64,000 bases of DNA from Candidatus Woesebacteria bacterium GW2011_GWB1_33_22 (GTDB taxonomy: Bacteria > Patescibacteriota > Microgenomatia > UBA8517): NCBI GenBank assembly GCA_000989765.1, contig LBOW01000002.1, positions 70,843-134,842 of the forward strand, given 5' to 3'. The translations under genes were made by a program, and so were the position numbers. Positions 1 to 9,832 of this stretch are shown piece after piece; position 1 is the first letter of the stretch; the number at the start of each line of letters is the position of its first letter. The notes below the pieces were generated by a model that ran no database searches, was not told the origin of the DNA, and saw only the letters and a program-made list of their open reading frames with translations.

Positions 1-1398
1 AGAACAATTTTTGAGTTAACTGAAGCCAAAAGAAGAGCCCATATCTTAGAAGGATTAAAAATTGCACTTGACAACTTAGATGCTGTCATAAAAACAATTA
101 GAGAAAGCAAAACCCAAGAGGAAGCAAAAGAGAATTTGATGAAGCGTTTTAAGCTTTCTGAGATCCAGTCTACCGCAATCCTTGATATGCAACTTCGAAG
201 ACTTGCTGCACTGGAGCGAGAAAAAATAGAAAACGAATATGAAGATATTAAAAAGTTAATTGATAGTTTAATTGCAATACTAAAAGATCCACAAAGAATT
301 TTAGAAATTATTAATACTGAACTTTCAGAACTCAAGGCAAAATTTGGAGACTCAAGAAAAACAAAAATTTATAAAAGTAAAATTGGGGAATTTTCTGAAG
401 AAGATTTAGTTGCCAAAGAAGATGTTTTGGTAACTGTAACTCGGACAGGTTACATTAAAAGAGTTTCAAGAAATGCTTACAAGGCTCAAAGACGAGGTGG
501 AAAGGGAGTAATTGGAATGACCACCAAAGAAGAAGATGAAATTGATCACTTAGTTACAGCTAGCACACATGATCAGATATTATTCTTTACTAATAAAGGT
601 CGTGTTTTTGGTGCAAAAGCGTATGAGATTCCAGAAAGCTCACGGCAAGCAAAGGGGCAGGCACTTGTTAATTTTTTAAATCTTGAACAGGGAGAAGATA
701 TTAAATCTATTTTACCAATGGATAAAGAATCAAGTGCCAAGAATTTAATATTGGCAACTGCGTCGGGGATAATTAAAAAGACAGAACTTAAACAGTTTGA
801 AAACTTAAGAACAAATGGGCTTATTGCTATTAAACTACAAGGGACTGATTCTTTAATTTCTGCCCATTTAACTTTTGGGTCAGATAACATTATGCTTCTA
901 ACTCAAAAGGGGATGTCTATTAGATTTCCGGAAGGGAACGTTCGGCCAATGGGTAGGGCTACAACTGGCGTAACAGGTGTTAAGATGACAGCAGGGGATA
1001 GTGTAATTGGCATGGAAGTTTTTCCTGAAAAATTAGGAGTACCTGTTGATAAAAGAAAAAAGGTCTTTAGAGATATTTTAACTCTTTCAATTCATGGGTT
1101 AGGGAAAAGAACAAGATTTGATTTATTTCCAATTCAAAAAAGAGCAGGGAAAGGGGTTAAAGCTTGTATAGTTTCAGCTAAAACTGGAGACTTGGCTTGT
1201 GCATCTTTAGTTACAGAAAACTCTGATCAACTTGTAATTACTTCTAAAAAAGGGCAAGTGATTAAACTTCCAGTTAAAAATATTCCACAATTAGGCAGAG
1301 TAACACAAGGGGTTATTATCATGCGATTTGCAAATAAAGGAGATTCCATCGCCGCCGCCACAGTCCTTGAAAAAACAGGGGATGAGGAAGAAGAATAA
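1..1398 (+). CDS. gyrA: DNA gyrase subunit A, C-terminal part (5' end lies outside the window)
   Basis: The frame is open from nt 1. RAHILEGL and QRRGGKGV motifs and repeated beta-pinwheel blades are typical of the GyrA C-terminal domain. Confidence 0.9.
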   Translation, partial: RTIFELTEAKRRAHILEGLKIALDNLDAVIKTIRESKTQEEAKENLMKRFKLSEIQSTAILDMQLRRLAALEREKIENEYEDIKKLIDSLIAILKDPQRILEIINTELSELKAKFGDSRKTKIYKSKIGEFSEEDLVAKEDVLVTVTRTGYIKRVSRNAYKAQRRGGKGVIGMTTKEEDEIDHLVTASTHDQILFFTNKGRVFGAKAYEIPESSRQAKGQALVNFLNLEQGEDIKSILPMDKESSAKNLILATASGIIKKTELKQFENLRTNGLIAIKLQGTDSLISAHLTFGSDNIMLLTQKGMSIRFPEGNVRPMGRATTGVTGVKMTAGDSVIGMEVFPEKLGVPVDKRKKVFRDILTLSIHGLGKRTRFDLFPIQKRAGKGVKACIVSAKTGDLACASLVTENSDQLVITSKKGQVIKLPVKNIPQLGRVTQGVIIMRFANKGDSIAAATVLEKTGDEEEE

Positions 1399-1401
1399 AT
1401 A

Positions 1402-1623
1402 TCAGACCTTTAACTTCTCATTCGAATCTAAAATATATTTTCTAAGTTTATTTGCTTCATCTGGAGTAAGTCCTTCTTCTGGTCGAAAAATTCCTACCAT
1501 TTGAGCTTGGTTTACTTGCACCATATGTGTATTTAAACCAAAACTTTTAAATTTGGATCCTAGACTGTTTTCAAGTAGATCATCAATTTGTCTTTTCAAA
1601 CTCAATAAAACTCTTTCTGTCAT
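1402..1623 (-). CDS. hypothetical small protein (73 aa)
   Basis: ORF only; no recognisable motif. Confidence 0.35.
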   Translation of the reverse strand: MTERVLLSLKRQIDDLLENSLGSKFKSFGLNTHMVQVNQAQMVGIFRPEEGLTPDEANKLRKYILDSNEKLKV

Positions 1624-1683
1624 TTGGAGGTATTTTACTTCTTCTTACTTCTTTTTGTCAAATTTTTCTGGTATATTTAAATC

Positions 1684-2412
1684 ATGAAGAAAATAGGAGG
1701 TGTATTTTTATTTTTTATACTTCTTTTTGCCTACTCCAAATGGGGGCCATCACTTCCAATTTCAGTTTTAACTCAAACAAAAGGTGAACCCTTAATGGTA
1801 ACTGAAACTGGTAAAGTTGCTGTTACTCCCGACGTTGCAAAAATTACTGTAGGAGTTGAAGGTCAAGGTCAAAGCTTAAAATTGGTTCAAAGCGATATAA
1901 ATGTTAAATCCAAAAAAATTGTCGATGAATTAAAGAAACTTGGAATTGAGGAAAAAAACATTAAAACAGTAAGTTACAATGTTTATCCAGAATATGACTA
2001 TCAAAATAGTCCATATAGAATTAATGGCTACAGAATTTCTACTTCATACGAAATCAAAATAGAAGATTTTGAAAAGATAAATGACGCAGTCGTTGTAGCT
2101 ACAAACAATGGGGCAAACATGATTGGTAATATTTCTTTTGAAGTAAATGACAAAACTAAAGAGGAATTGACCAACAAGGCTAGAGAAGAAGCTGTAGAAA
2201 AAGCAAAAACAAAAGCCAAAGGTCTTGCCAATTCTGCAGGTATTACTTTAGGGAAAATTATTAATGTTTCCGAATCTGGAGGTTTTGAACCAAGACCTAT
2301 TTTAATGTATGACAAAGCCATTTCAGGTTCCGAACCCGTAACAACAGCTAATATTACTCCAGGAGAAACTGAAATAGAAGTAACAATTACTCTTTCCTAC
2401 GAAATTAGATAG
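1684..2412 (+). CDS. SIMPL/DUF541 family periplasmic protein
   Basis: N-terminal TM/signal, then the conserved SIMPL pattern (TPDVAKITVGVEGQG ... ISFEV) and an RBS-like ggagg upstream. Confidence 0.65.
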   Translation: MKKIGGVFLFFILLFAYSKWGPSLPISVLTQTKGEPLMVTETGKVAVTPDVAKITVGVEGQGQSLKLVQSDINVKSKKIVDELKKLGIEEKNIKTVSYNVYPEYDYQNSPYRINGYRISTSYEIKIEDFEKINDAVVVATNNGANMIGNISFEVNDKTKEELTNKAREEAVEKAKTKAKGLANSAGITLGKIINVSESGGFEPRPILMYDKAISGSEPVTTANITPGETEIEVTITLSYEIR

Positions 2413-3391
2413 CCTTTTTGATATATTCTTTAATGCTTTGTCCTTCTCTTGTTTGTAATATATAGGCTCCGCCAGAACTTTTAGCTGAAACTAATACATT
2501 TTCTTCACTTAGGTTAATATAGGAAACAGAATATTCAAGTGGATTGCCAATTTCTTGCAAAATATCATTAACCATTTCTACTGTTAGATTAGTATTTACA
2601 AAAGAAAATGCAGAAGCAAAACTTTTGACATTTGCTTTTTGAAGTATTGCTTTTAATATTTCAAACTGCCGTCTGGAACGATCAAAGTCACTACTCCCAT
2701 GCCTACTTCTGGCGTATTTTAAAGCTTCCTCACCATTCATCTGGTGAGGTCCAACTCCATAACTAATTGATTCATATCTACATGTAAATTGTTTTTCAAG
2801 TTCAAAACCTGAATATTTTTGATGAAATTCTTCTACCTTTTCAGGCGAAAAACCACATAGTTCGTTTTCAAGCCCCTTAACAGGATAAAAATTGTCAGTA
2901 TATGCTTTTTTAACATCTACTGTTATCCCACCTATAGAATTAATCATCTTCATAAACGAAATAAAATCAATAGATATAAAGTTAGATATTGAAAGACCAG
3001 TAACATCAACCACTGCATCTTTAAGTGATGGATCAGCGTTTATCTTATGTCCCGAAAACCAAAGATCTCTGGGAATTGAAATTAGATTTACCTTTTTATC
3101 AGTCACATTAACCGACACAATTATAATAGCATCCATTAAACCTCCACCTGAATGTCCTGCACCCCCATGACCAGTCAGTAAAACATTTAAAAATTTAGCA
3201 TTTTTTGTAGTAACCCTATCTTCCACTATTATTTCAGGTAGGGGATAAGAGTTTGTTTGGATGCTGGCAATTGATGATTGATTATTAGTTACAAACTTTG
3301 TATAGCCATAAGTCCCAAGATACATACCAATTAAAAAAACAGGTAAAACTAAAAGAAATACAAAATTAGGACTTTCTAATAATTTTTTCAT
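2405..3391 (-). CDS. LytR-CpsA-Psr (LCP) family cell-envelope phosphotransferase
   Basis: N-terminal TM plus LCP-domain motifs (SIPRDLW, GGxxxxxxTVxxxxGI, ALxYARSRH). Confidence 0.75.
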   Translation of the reverse strand: MKKLLESPNFVFLLVLPVFLIGMYLGTYGYTKFVTNNQSSIASIQTNSYPLPEIIVEDRVTTKNAKFLNVLLTGHGGAGHSGGGLMDAIIIVSVNVTDKKVNLISIPRDLWFSGHKINADPSLKDAVVDVTGLSISNFISIDFISFMKMINSIGGITVDVKKAYTDNFYPVKGLENELCGFSPEKVEEFHQKYSGFELEKQFTCRYESISYGVGPHQMNGEEALKYARSRHGSSDFDRSRRQFEILKAILQKANVKSFASAFSFVNTNLTVEMVNDILQEIGNPLEYSVSYINLSEENVLVSAKSSGGAYILQTREGQSIKEYIKKAI

Positions 3392-5598
3392 TTACCCCTC
3401 CCGTGGAACTGTTCATGGATTTCATGAAGTTGTTTATTGGTAACATGTGTATAAATCTGAGTAGTTGAAATGTTTTTATGTCCCAACATTTCTTGAACGC
3501 TTCTTATATCGGCTCCTGCATTAAGTAAATCTGTCGCGTATGAGTTATGACTTACAATTCCATCAGTAAATAAATTTTCAGTATCTAAGACAGTAAAATC
3601 AAAAACATTATATCTAAATGAAGGTAGTTTTTTGATTTTTTTAACCTTTAACCATTTATAATTTTTGGATCTATATAATTGCTTTAATAAGTTGAGTTTT
3701 TGATCTTTATAACCAAAATTTTCAATCTGTCTAATAAATTTAATTAGGGTAGATCTTAACGGAACAATCTTATCTAAATATCGATTTGATTTTATATTTT
3801 CATTCTTTTGCATAGCATATCTAAATCCTATTTTTCCATTCTCTTCTAAATCAATAAATATAGACTTCAGGACCGATTGAGCTGGTATTTTTTCTTCTTC
3901 CCAAATTGAATTATCTAATAATGTTTTACCTTTTAAGGTTGGGATTAATTTAATAAACAATTTCTGATCATTTTTACTAATAATTTGGAGGGTGTAAAAC
4001 AAGTGCCTGAATAATTTACCTTGAGGTAATTTGACCGTTCTGTCTCTCTCCATCAAATGAGCATCTATACCAAGCCTCAAAAGTAACATTTGGATATCTT
4101 TCAAAAAATCCTTAGACGAGGAAAAGATTCTTGGCGCTCCATTAGAATTTCCTTCAGCATCGTAAATTCCAGCTATAAATTCTTTTATTTCATCAATAGT
4201 TGAATTCATTATCAAATAGGGCACACGTCTATCTTTTGAATGTTCATGCAAATTTAAATCCTTCTGCAAAAAATTTACAAATTGATCTGAATAAAAATTC
4301 AATCTAAACGAATTTGTTTTTGGATTGGGTTCAATTCTAGCTTCAGCATTTAATAAATCTCTGATAATTTTTTGATATAACTCAAGAATTGTTTTATTCT
4401 TATCGTGGATAATTACCCCTCTTCGAACTTTACTAATTACACCATCTCCTAAAATATATCCGACTAATCTGGATATCTTTGGATCTATGAATTTTAAACC
4501 TTTTATTTTAACTCTCCGAATTCCTAACACATAATCGTTTACTTTTAAATTTTTGACAAATATTTCGTTAATTCCATTACTTCTTAAGGTAAACAGCCTA
4601 TGGTTATTAGAACAAACTAATTCGTATCCATCAGCCCAAACTGAGTAAAGATCCGATAAATGAGATTCCTTACCAGAAATTTTAGTTTTAGTTATCTTAT
4701 CATTCACCAGATTTAATCCCAAAATGTCTGATTGGTTTTGATAATATAAATTTCGAGCTGAAATAATTTGATCTTTTAAAAATATCCTTGTTTCAGGATG
4801 AACACAGTGGCGGATCCCGTGAGGCGTAATTTCAACAGGTAATTTAATTTTGTGTACATATTTTTTAACCAATCGTTCCACTGATCGGGGAGTGAGGCGC
4901 ATTTTTTCGCCTGCCTGCGCAGGCAGGTCAGGAGTATCAATAAACTTTCCTTTATGTCGTATAAACAAAGGTTTAAAATGATCTTTTCTTTCATTTAAAT
5001 ATTTTTTTAAGTAATCAGCAGAACGAGAAGAAAGAAAAACAACTCTTGCTCTTCCTCCCTTACCAGTAATTCCAAATTCACGTCTTTCAAAATCTATTTT
5101 TTCAATATTAAGGTTTGTTAGTTCAGATACACGTAAACCTGTTGAAAATAAAACTTCCAAAATTGCTTTGTCTCTAATCCCTTGAATGTCTGACATTGTT
5201 GGAGCATTAAGAAGTCTATCTACTTGTTCACCATTTAAAAATTTAACTTGTCTGTCTGGAATTTTAGGTAGTTCAATTTTATCAGGTGCCATAACTTGAT
5301 AGTCATTCCTTATTAGCCATTTTAAAAAGGATCGGAGAGCAATAGCGTGATATCCTTGAGTCTTCTTTCCCAAACCAAGTTTAGCGAGGTATGCCCTAAA
5401 GTCATGAATCGCGTCCTGTTTTATGTCTTCTAATTTAGCATTTGCCTTTTTAGCATTTAACCAGATTGATAATCTGGTTAGGTAATGTTTGTAATTTCTA
5501 ATTGTAAGAGGGGAGCAACCTTTTTCGACAGATAAATAATCCAAAAACTCATCTATTTTTTTTGCTATCTCTGTTATTTTTCCTTGGGCATCTAACAT
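3388..5598 (-). CDS. XerC/XerD-like tyrosine recombinase interrupted by a ~421 aa intein
   Basis: N-terminal SAM-like domain; catalytic Arg (LRVSEL), HGIRH, and a C-extein [34 protein letters not shown] carrying the catalytic Tyr. A Cys...HN|S intein with two LAGLIDADG motifs sits between RH and S. Confidence 0.8.
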   Translation of the reverse strand: MLDAQGKITEIAKKIDEFLDYLSVEKGCSPLTIRNYKHYLTRLSIWLNAKKANAKLEDIKQDAIHDFRAYLAKLGLGKKTQGYHAIALRSFLKWLIRNDYQVMAPDKIELPKIPDRQVKFLNGEQVDRLLNAPTMSDIQGIRDKAILEVLFSTGLRVSELTNLNIEKIDFERREFGITGKGGRARVVFLSSRSADYLKKYLNERKDHFKPLFIRHKGKFIDTPDLPAQAGEKMRLTPRSVERLVKKYVHKIKLPVEITPHGIRHCVHPETRIFLKDQIISARNLYYQNQSDILGLNLVNDKITKTKISGKESHLSDLYSVWADGYELVCSNNHRLFTLRSNGINEIFVKNLKVNDYVLGIRRVKIKGLKFIDPKISRLVGYILGDGVISKVRRGVIIHDKNKTILELYQKIIRDLLNAEARIEPNPKTNSFRLNFYSDQFVNFLQKDLNLHEHSKDRRVPYLIMNSTIDEIKEFIAGIYDAEGNSNGAPRIFSSSKDFLKDIQMLLLRLGIDAHLMERDRTVKLPQGKLFRHLFYTLQIISKNDQKLFIKLIPTLKGKTLLDNSIWEEEKIPAQSVLKSIFIDLEENGKIGFRYAMQKNENIKSNRYLDKIVPLRSTLIKFIRQIENFGYKDQKLNLLKQLYRSKNYKWLKVKKIKKLPSFRYNVFDFTVLDTENLFTDGIVSHNSYATDLLNAGADIRSVQEMLGHKNISTTQIYTHVTNKQLHEIHEQFHGRGK
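3544..4806 (-). mobile_element. intein with LAGLIDADG homing-endonuclease domain inside the tyrosine recombinase
   Basis: Begins Cys (after HGIRH) and ends His-Asn followed by Ser+1. Motifs [12 protein letters not shown] and [12 protein letters not shown]. Confidence 0.75.
4910..4927. repeat. palindromic mini-element CCTGCCTGCGCAGGCAGG (family B) inside the recombinase gene
   Basis: Perfect 18-nt palindrome; encodes PAQAGE in-frame. Confidence 0.8.
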
Positions 5599-5648
5599 CT
5601 TTATTTAGGATATAAGTTTTTGAAGATTGTGTCAACAACATTGTACGA

Positions 5649-6227
5649 CTATATTGCAAGGTCAGACCTTGCAATATCATAATCTTGATGTAGTCCAAAT
5701 AGCTTGAACCATAAATCCATATCTGGAAATTCTATAACCCTGTCGTTACCTTTAAATTTACCCATCTCTAAGGCTCTAGGGAAAATCATTAAGTTAGCAT
5801 CGGACTGTTTGAGTACTTCTGTCGCGGATGAGATGGAATCATCAAAATGTATCATTGAACAATGCTGGCATGCTATATGCCCCTTAAAGACATCGCCATT
5901 CATGTATGTACTAGAACGAATAAAGATGTTTTTTGTATCTATCCATGGATAATTACTATTTAGCCACTTTAAAGTAACATCGGCAAGTTCGGGTACTCTA
6001 GTTGTAACTACCAATTGACTAACTCCATGATCAAAAGCCAATTTTGAATAAGTTTGTATCGGTAAGTTTGGTTTGGCTCGCATAAGCACATCCACATCTG
6101 CCCAGACTTCAGCTTCTGTTTTTGAAGCCTCTTCAAAATTTGCTCCTTTTGCTTTTGCCCAATGAGCCAGTGCAAGCCACTGATCGATTCGTCTATCTTG
6201 AAAATCAAAACCATTCGAAAAGATCAC
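5649..6227 (-). CDS. hypothetical protein (192 aa)
   Basis: ORF. The C-terminus (IARSDLAI) is encoded by a palindromic mini-element. Confidence 0.4.
   Translation of the reverse strand: MIFSNGFDFQDRRIDQWLALAHWAKAKGANFEEASKTEAEVWADVDVLMRAKPNLPIQTYSKLAFDHGVSQLVVTTRVPELADVTLKWLNSNYPWIDTKNIFIRSSTYMNGDVFKGHIACQHCSMIHFDDSISSATEVLKQSDANLMIFPRALEMGKFKGNDRVIEFPDMDLWFKLFGLHQDYDIARSDLAI
5653..5675. repeat. palindromic mini-element ATTGCAAGGTCAGACCTTGCAAT (family A)
   Basis: Perfect palindrome forming the 3' end of the 5649..6227 coding sequence. Identical copies at 21324 and 61431. Confidence 0.8.
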
Positions 6228-6351
6228 GAAGTAACACTATCTGCTTATTTGACAAGGTTTCTATAAATGTATGGGCATTCTCTGCAGTCATGCCTGAATG
6301 ATATAGTAAAAAATATTTTTGTCAAAATTTTCACGATTTTCACGAGACAAA

Positions 6352-6374
6352 TAAAAAATAGGGGAGAGTCCCCC
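6352..6374 (-). terminator. intrinsic terminator-like hairpin read on the minus strand
   Basis: GGGGAGAGTCCCCC hairpin followed on the minus strand by TATTTTTTATTT. Confidence 0.4.
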
Positions 6375-6975
6375 GCTAGGAGGATAAAAATTAAGGACTA
6401 AAGATTAATCATTAAAGCGCCTTCACCAAATCGATTTTAAGGCCTGTCTGGAGCAAAAGACGTATAACTAGTCTCTTGACTTTATCCCAACATTTCGGGC
6501 TAACTAAACACTTCTCCGTTTTTTAAAATTTAGGGGAGTCGAACAAGCAACTAGAAGCTAGAATCTAGAAACTAGATATAAGACATAAAGAACATAAAAA
6601 CAGCAAGAAAAACTTGAGTTGCAGTATCATAAAAATAATTATTAATTCTTAATTGTTAACTATTAATTAATTTACTACACTACACTCAGCAATTTACTTT
6701 ACGTCGTAAAAGTATTATTGTACGACATTATATTAAGGTTAATTGTTAAGGGTTAATAACTAAGAGAACTACTGTTGAAGTCATTAAGCAGATTAAGGGA
6801 ATTTAAAGAAATTAATTATATGTTTCATACTAATTCCTAATTACTAATCTCTAGTACCTACTTTTGACTTATCCACATTATGTATCAAACTATATCATCC
6901 GTGAAAACTATCATCAGCCCCGTGAAAATATATATCAATATATTATTATAGGATATCTAGTCCTCCACTTCCCCA

Positions 6976-7749
6976 CTACCCGCCCCATCTGGTGGCAAAA
7001 AACATTCCGATAAGGACAATTAAACCTAATGTTAAGTACTCTCTAGTAATTGATGGGAAAAGTCTATCTTCAAGTTTGGCCTGACCCAAGCCCAATAAAA
7101 GATATACCCCACTAGTTAAGAAAAGTGAACCGACAACGACTGTTACTGGCCAGAAATAGATAAGGGTTACAAGTTCAGCAATTATCAAACTTGAAGTTAA
7201 AGATAAAATCAATATGTTTTTCTCAAGTTTTTTTTCAAGGTTAATTGACCAATACCCTTGAATTAATAAAAGAAAAGATAAAATAAAACTTAGGCTAGCA
7301 TTAATAAAGATAGTTTGTTTAATTGAAAAGATAGCATCAAAAATTAAAAAACTGGTAATGAGGGTTAAAACAAATCCAACTCCCCTAGCAGCCCTTAAAA
7401 GACCAATTGTTCTAAGTGATGAGGACACTGTGTATATATTCATTGTTGAGGACAAAACATAAATACCAATCGCATAAAAAATTACGATGGGAATTCTGGT
7501 GAACATGTTTGCTGGTAATAAAAACCAAAAAATACCTACACTTAAGGTAAAAAGCATAGGCAAAACCAGTGACACCCAAGTCATATTTTTACCTAAACCT
7601 TCGTAAAAAGACCAGGCTGAGAAGGCTCCTGTCAATAAAACTAATAGCGAAATTGCGGGAAATTTAAATTTTCCTTCCAAAAATTGTATAAAAACAAAGC
7701 CAATAGAAAGTACAATAGAACTAATCAAAAAACGAAGTTTTTTAGACAT
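6976..7749 (-). CDS. integral membrane protein (multi-TM), hypothetical
   Basis: About 8 hydrophobic segments. Confidence 0.5.
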   Translation of the reverse strand: MSKKLRFLISSIVLSIGFVFIQFLEGKFKFPAISLLVLLTGAFSAWSFYEGLGKNMTWVSLVLPMLFTLSVGIFWFLLPANMFTRIPIVIFYAIGIYVLSSTMNIYTVSSSLRTIGLLRAARGVGFVLTLITSFLIFDAIFSIKQTIFINASLSFILSFLLLIQGYWSINLEKKLEKNILILSLTSSLIIAELVTLIYFWPVTVVVGSLFLTSGVYLLLGLGQAKLEDRLFPSITREYLTLGLIVLIGMFFATRWGG

Positions 7750-7754
7750 AAATA

Positions 7755-8465
7755 TTAAAAATTGGAATAAACCCTTTGAACATCGTCGTGATCCTCAAGA
7801 CTCTCTAAGAAAAATGTTATTTTAGCAGTTTGATTGTCATCAGAAATGTTAGAATAGGTTTTTGGTATCATATTAAGCTCGGTTTTTAAAACTTTAAAGC
7901 CAGCACTAACAACTTTTTCACTAATTTCTTTTAAATGGTCTGGAGTTACAAAAACTTCCAAACCATCATCTATTTCCTCTATATCATCAACTCCCAAATC
8001 AATCAAAGTTAAAGTTTGTAAATCTACATCTTGAGCTTTTTCAACAAGCAAAAATCCCTTATCTGTAAAATTATATGCAACTGAATTTGGTCCGCCCATA
8101 GTTCCCCCACTCTTCTCAAATAAATTTTTTAATTCTTGGGAAGTTCTATTTTTATTATCTGTTGCACAATCAACAATTACATAGATACCAAATGGACCAA
8201 AACCCTCATATCTAATTTCTTCATAACTATCAGCTTTTTCTGAGGCAGTTTTTAATATTCTATCAATGTTTTCCTTGGGCATGTTACTTTCCCTTGCTTT
8301 ATCTATAGCAACTCTTAATTTGAAGTTCATGTCAGGATTTGGGCTTCCACCTGACTTAACAGAAATAGTAATCATCTTAGATAGCTTACCAAAGACATTG
8401 CTCTTTTGTGCATCTTTTAATCCTTTTTGTCTTTTAATGGTTGCAAAATGTGAGTGCCCTGACAT
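7755..8465 (-). CDS. yebC: YebC/PmpR family DNA-binding transcriptional regulator
   Basis: MSGHSHFATIKRQKG N-terminus and the conserved YebC core. Confidence 0.85.
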   Translation of the reverse strand: MSGHSHFATIKRQKGLKDAQKSNVFGKLSKMITISVKSGGSPNPDMNFKLRVAIDKARESNMPKENIDRILKTASEKADSYEEIRYEGFGPFGIYVIVDCATDNKNRTSQELKNLFEKSGGTMGGPNSVAYNFTDKGFLLVEKAQDVDLQTLTLIDLGVDDIEEIDDGLEVFVTPDHLKEISEKVVSAGFKVLKTELNMIPKTYSNISDDNQTAKITFFLESLEDHDDVQRVYSNF

Positions 8466-8497
8466 ACTATATAGCAACAATTATACAATAAAAATTT

Positions 8498-9148
8498 ATG
8501 GAAGAGAACCTGACCCAAAAAGCAATAGAATTAGCATTAAAATGTGACTGGACTGAAGCAGTTAAAATAAACTTGAAAATTTTAAGGACAAATCCGAATG
8601 ATATTGACACCTTAAATAGATTATCAAGATCATATTATGAAAACGGAGATCTAATTAAGGCTAAAAAGACTTCTCTTAAGGTATTAAGGAATGATAAGAA
8701 TAACAGTATTGCCATGAAGGCGGTGGAAAAATATAAGCTAAAACTTCCACGAAGTACTAAGGATCACAGGAATGTTGATCCTTCAGTTTTTATCGAAGAA
8801 CCAGGAAAAACAAAATTAATTAACCTAATTAATCTTGGATCAAGTTACACCTGTGCCTGCCTTAGCTCTGGAGATGAAATAATTCTAGCTACCCACACCC
8901 ACAAGGTCTCCTTAACAAATCTTGATGGAAAATATATTGGAAAACTTCCAGATGATTTATCTGCAAAATTAAGAAGACTTATTAAGGGTGGAAATGAATA
9001 TAGAGTTTATGTAAAATCTGTTGATGGAAAAAACGTTAAAGTTTTGATCAAAGAAACAAGTCGTGGTGATGAATTTAAAAACACTCAATCCTTTCCAAGA
9101 GAGCTTTCAGAATCTGTCACTGAAACTTTTTCCGATTCTGATCTTTAA
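8498..9148 (+). CDS. TPR-like repeat protein with C-terminal beta domain, hypothetical
   Basis: TPR-like helical repeats at the N-terminus. Confidence 0.4.
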   Translation: MEENLTQKAIELALKCDWTEAVKINLKILRTNPNDIDTLNRLSRSYYENGDLIKAKKTSLKVLRNDKNNSIAMKAVEKYKLKLPRSTKDHRNVDPSVFIEEPGKTKLINLINLGSSYTCACLSSGDEIILATHTHKVSLTNLDGKYIGKLPDDLSAKLRRLIKGGNEYRVYVKSVDGKNVKVLIKETSRGDEFKNTQSFPRELSESVTETFSDSDL

Positions 9149-9832
9149 ATCAATGGTTTGGTTTAAATCAATAAAACTTTGACAATTAAAAATTTTTGAT
9201 ACAATTTCATTGTAATTTTTATTACTACCTATCACCTCACAGTCTAATTTTTCATCATATCCTTTGGAATAATCTGCAGTTTTAAAACCTATTATTTCTA
9301 AGATTTTAGAGACGTCTTCAGCAACTCCATTTTCACCAGTCAAGTTCTCTATTCGTACTTTTGGCATTCGTTGAGCTACATAAGGATTGACAAAATTAAT
9401 AAGAATTGAGTCTTTTACTGTTTTTGATGTTAGAGAATAATCATAGTCATTTTTTTTATCAAATAACCAAAAAACCTTTATTGTTTGATATAAATTTAGG
9501 TTTGTTGAATCACCATCCTTCCAAAGATAGACCGGAATATTAAAATTCTTAACAATTGTTTCAGTTACAAGTTTACCATTATACTTCTCCTTTTCTCCTA
9601 AAATCCAAAGGCTTGCTAATTTATATTCACCAAAATTTCTTGAAGATTCTAGATTGAAATTTTTATCAATAAAAATTTTTATTAGATCATCCTTTAAAGG
9701 ATCCACAACAATTATCTCAGCATTACCATCTTTATTGTTAATATAAGTAAACTTATCTAATGTTTTCACTTTAAAAAACAAAAAAGTTAAAAAAAATAAT
9801 GCTATAAGTAACAAAAATCTAGATCTTCGCAT
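9107..9832 (-). CDS. hypothetical secreted/membrane-anchored protein
   Basis: N-terminal hydrophobic signal-anchor. Confidence 0.4.
   Translation of the reverse strand: MRRSRFLLLIALFFLTFLFFKVKTLDKFTYINNKDGNAEIIVVDPLKDDLIKIFIDKNFNLESSRNFGEYKLASLWILGEKEKYNGKLVTETIVKNFNIPVYLWKDGDSTNLNLYQTIKVFWLFDKKNDYDYSLTSKTVKDSILINFVNPYVAQRMPKVRIENLTGENGVAEDVSKILEIIGFKTADYSKGYDEKLDCEVIGSNKNYNEIVSKIFNCQSFIDLNQTIDLKIRIGKSFSDRF

Noticed and set aside
573-890. Minus-strand ORFs inside gyrA (573..890) and similar antisense ORFs (2028..2321, 23390..23869, 19548..20003, 47506..47943, 58045..58539)
   Set aside because: Each lies opposite a conserved, well-supported gene and lacks any motif or upstream signals.
6380-6960. 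Possible tmRNA on the minus strand
   Set aside because: The 5' GGGGCTGAT matches the tmRNA consensus, but no tRNA-like T-arm/acceptor 3' end and no tag reading frame could be found. The region is kept only as an unclassified structured element.
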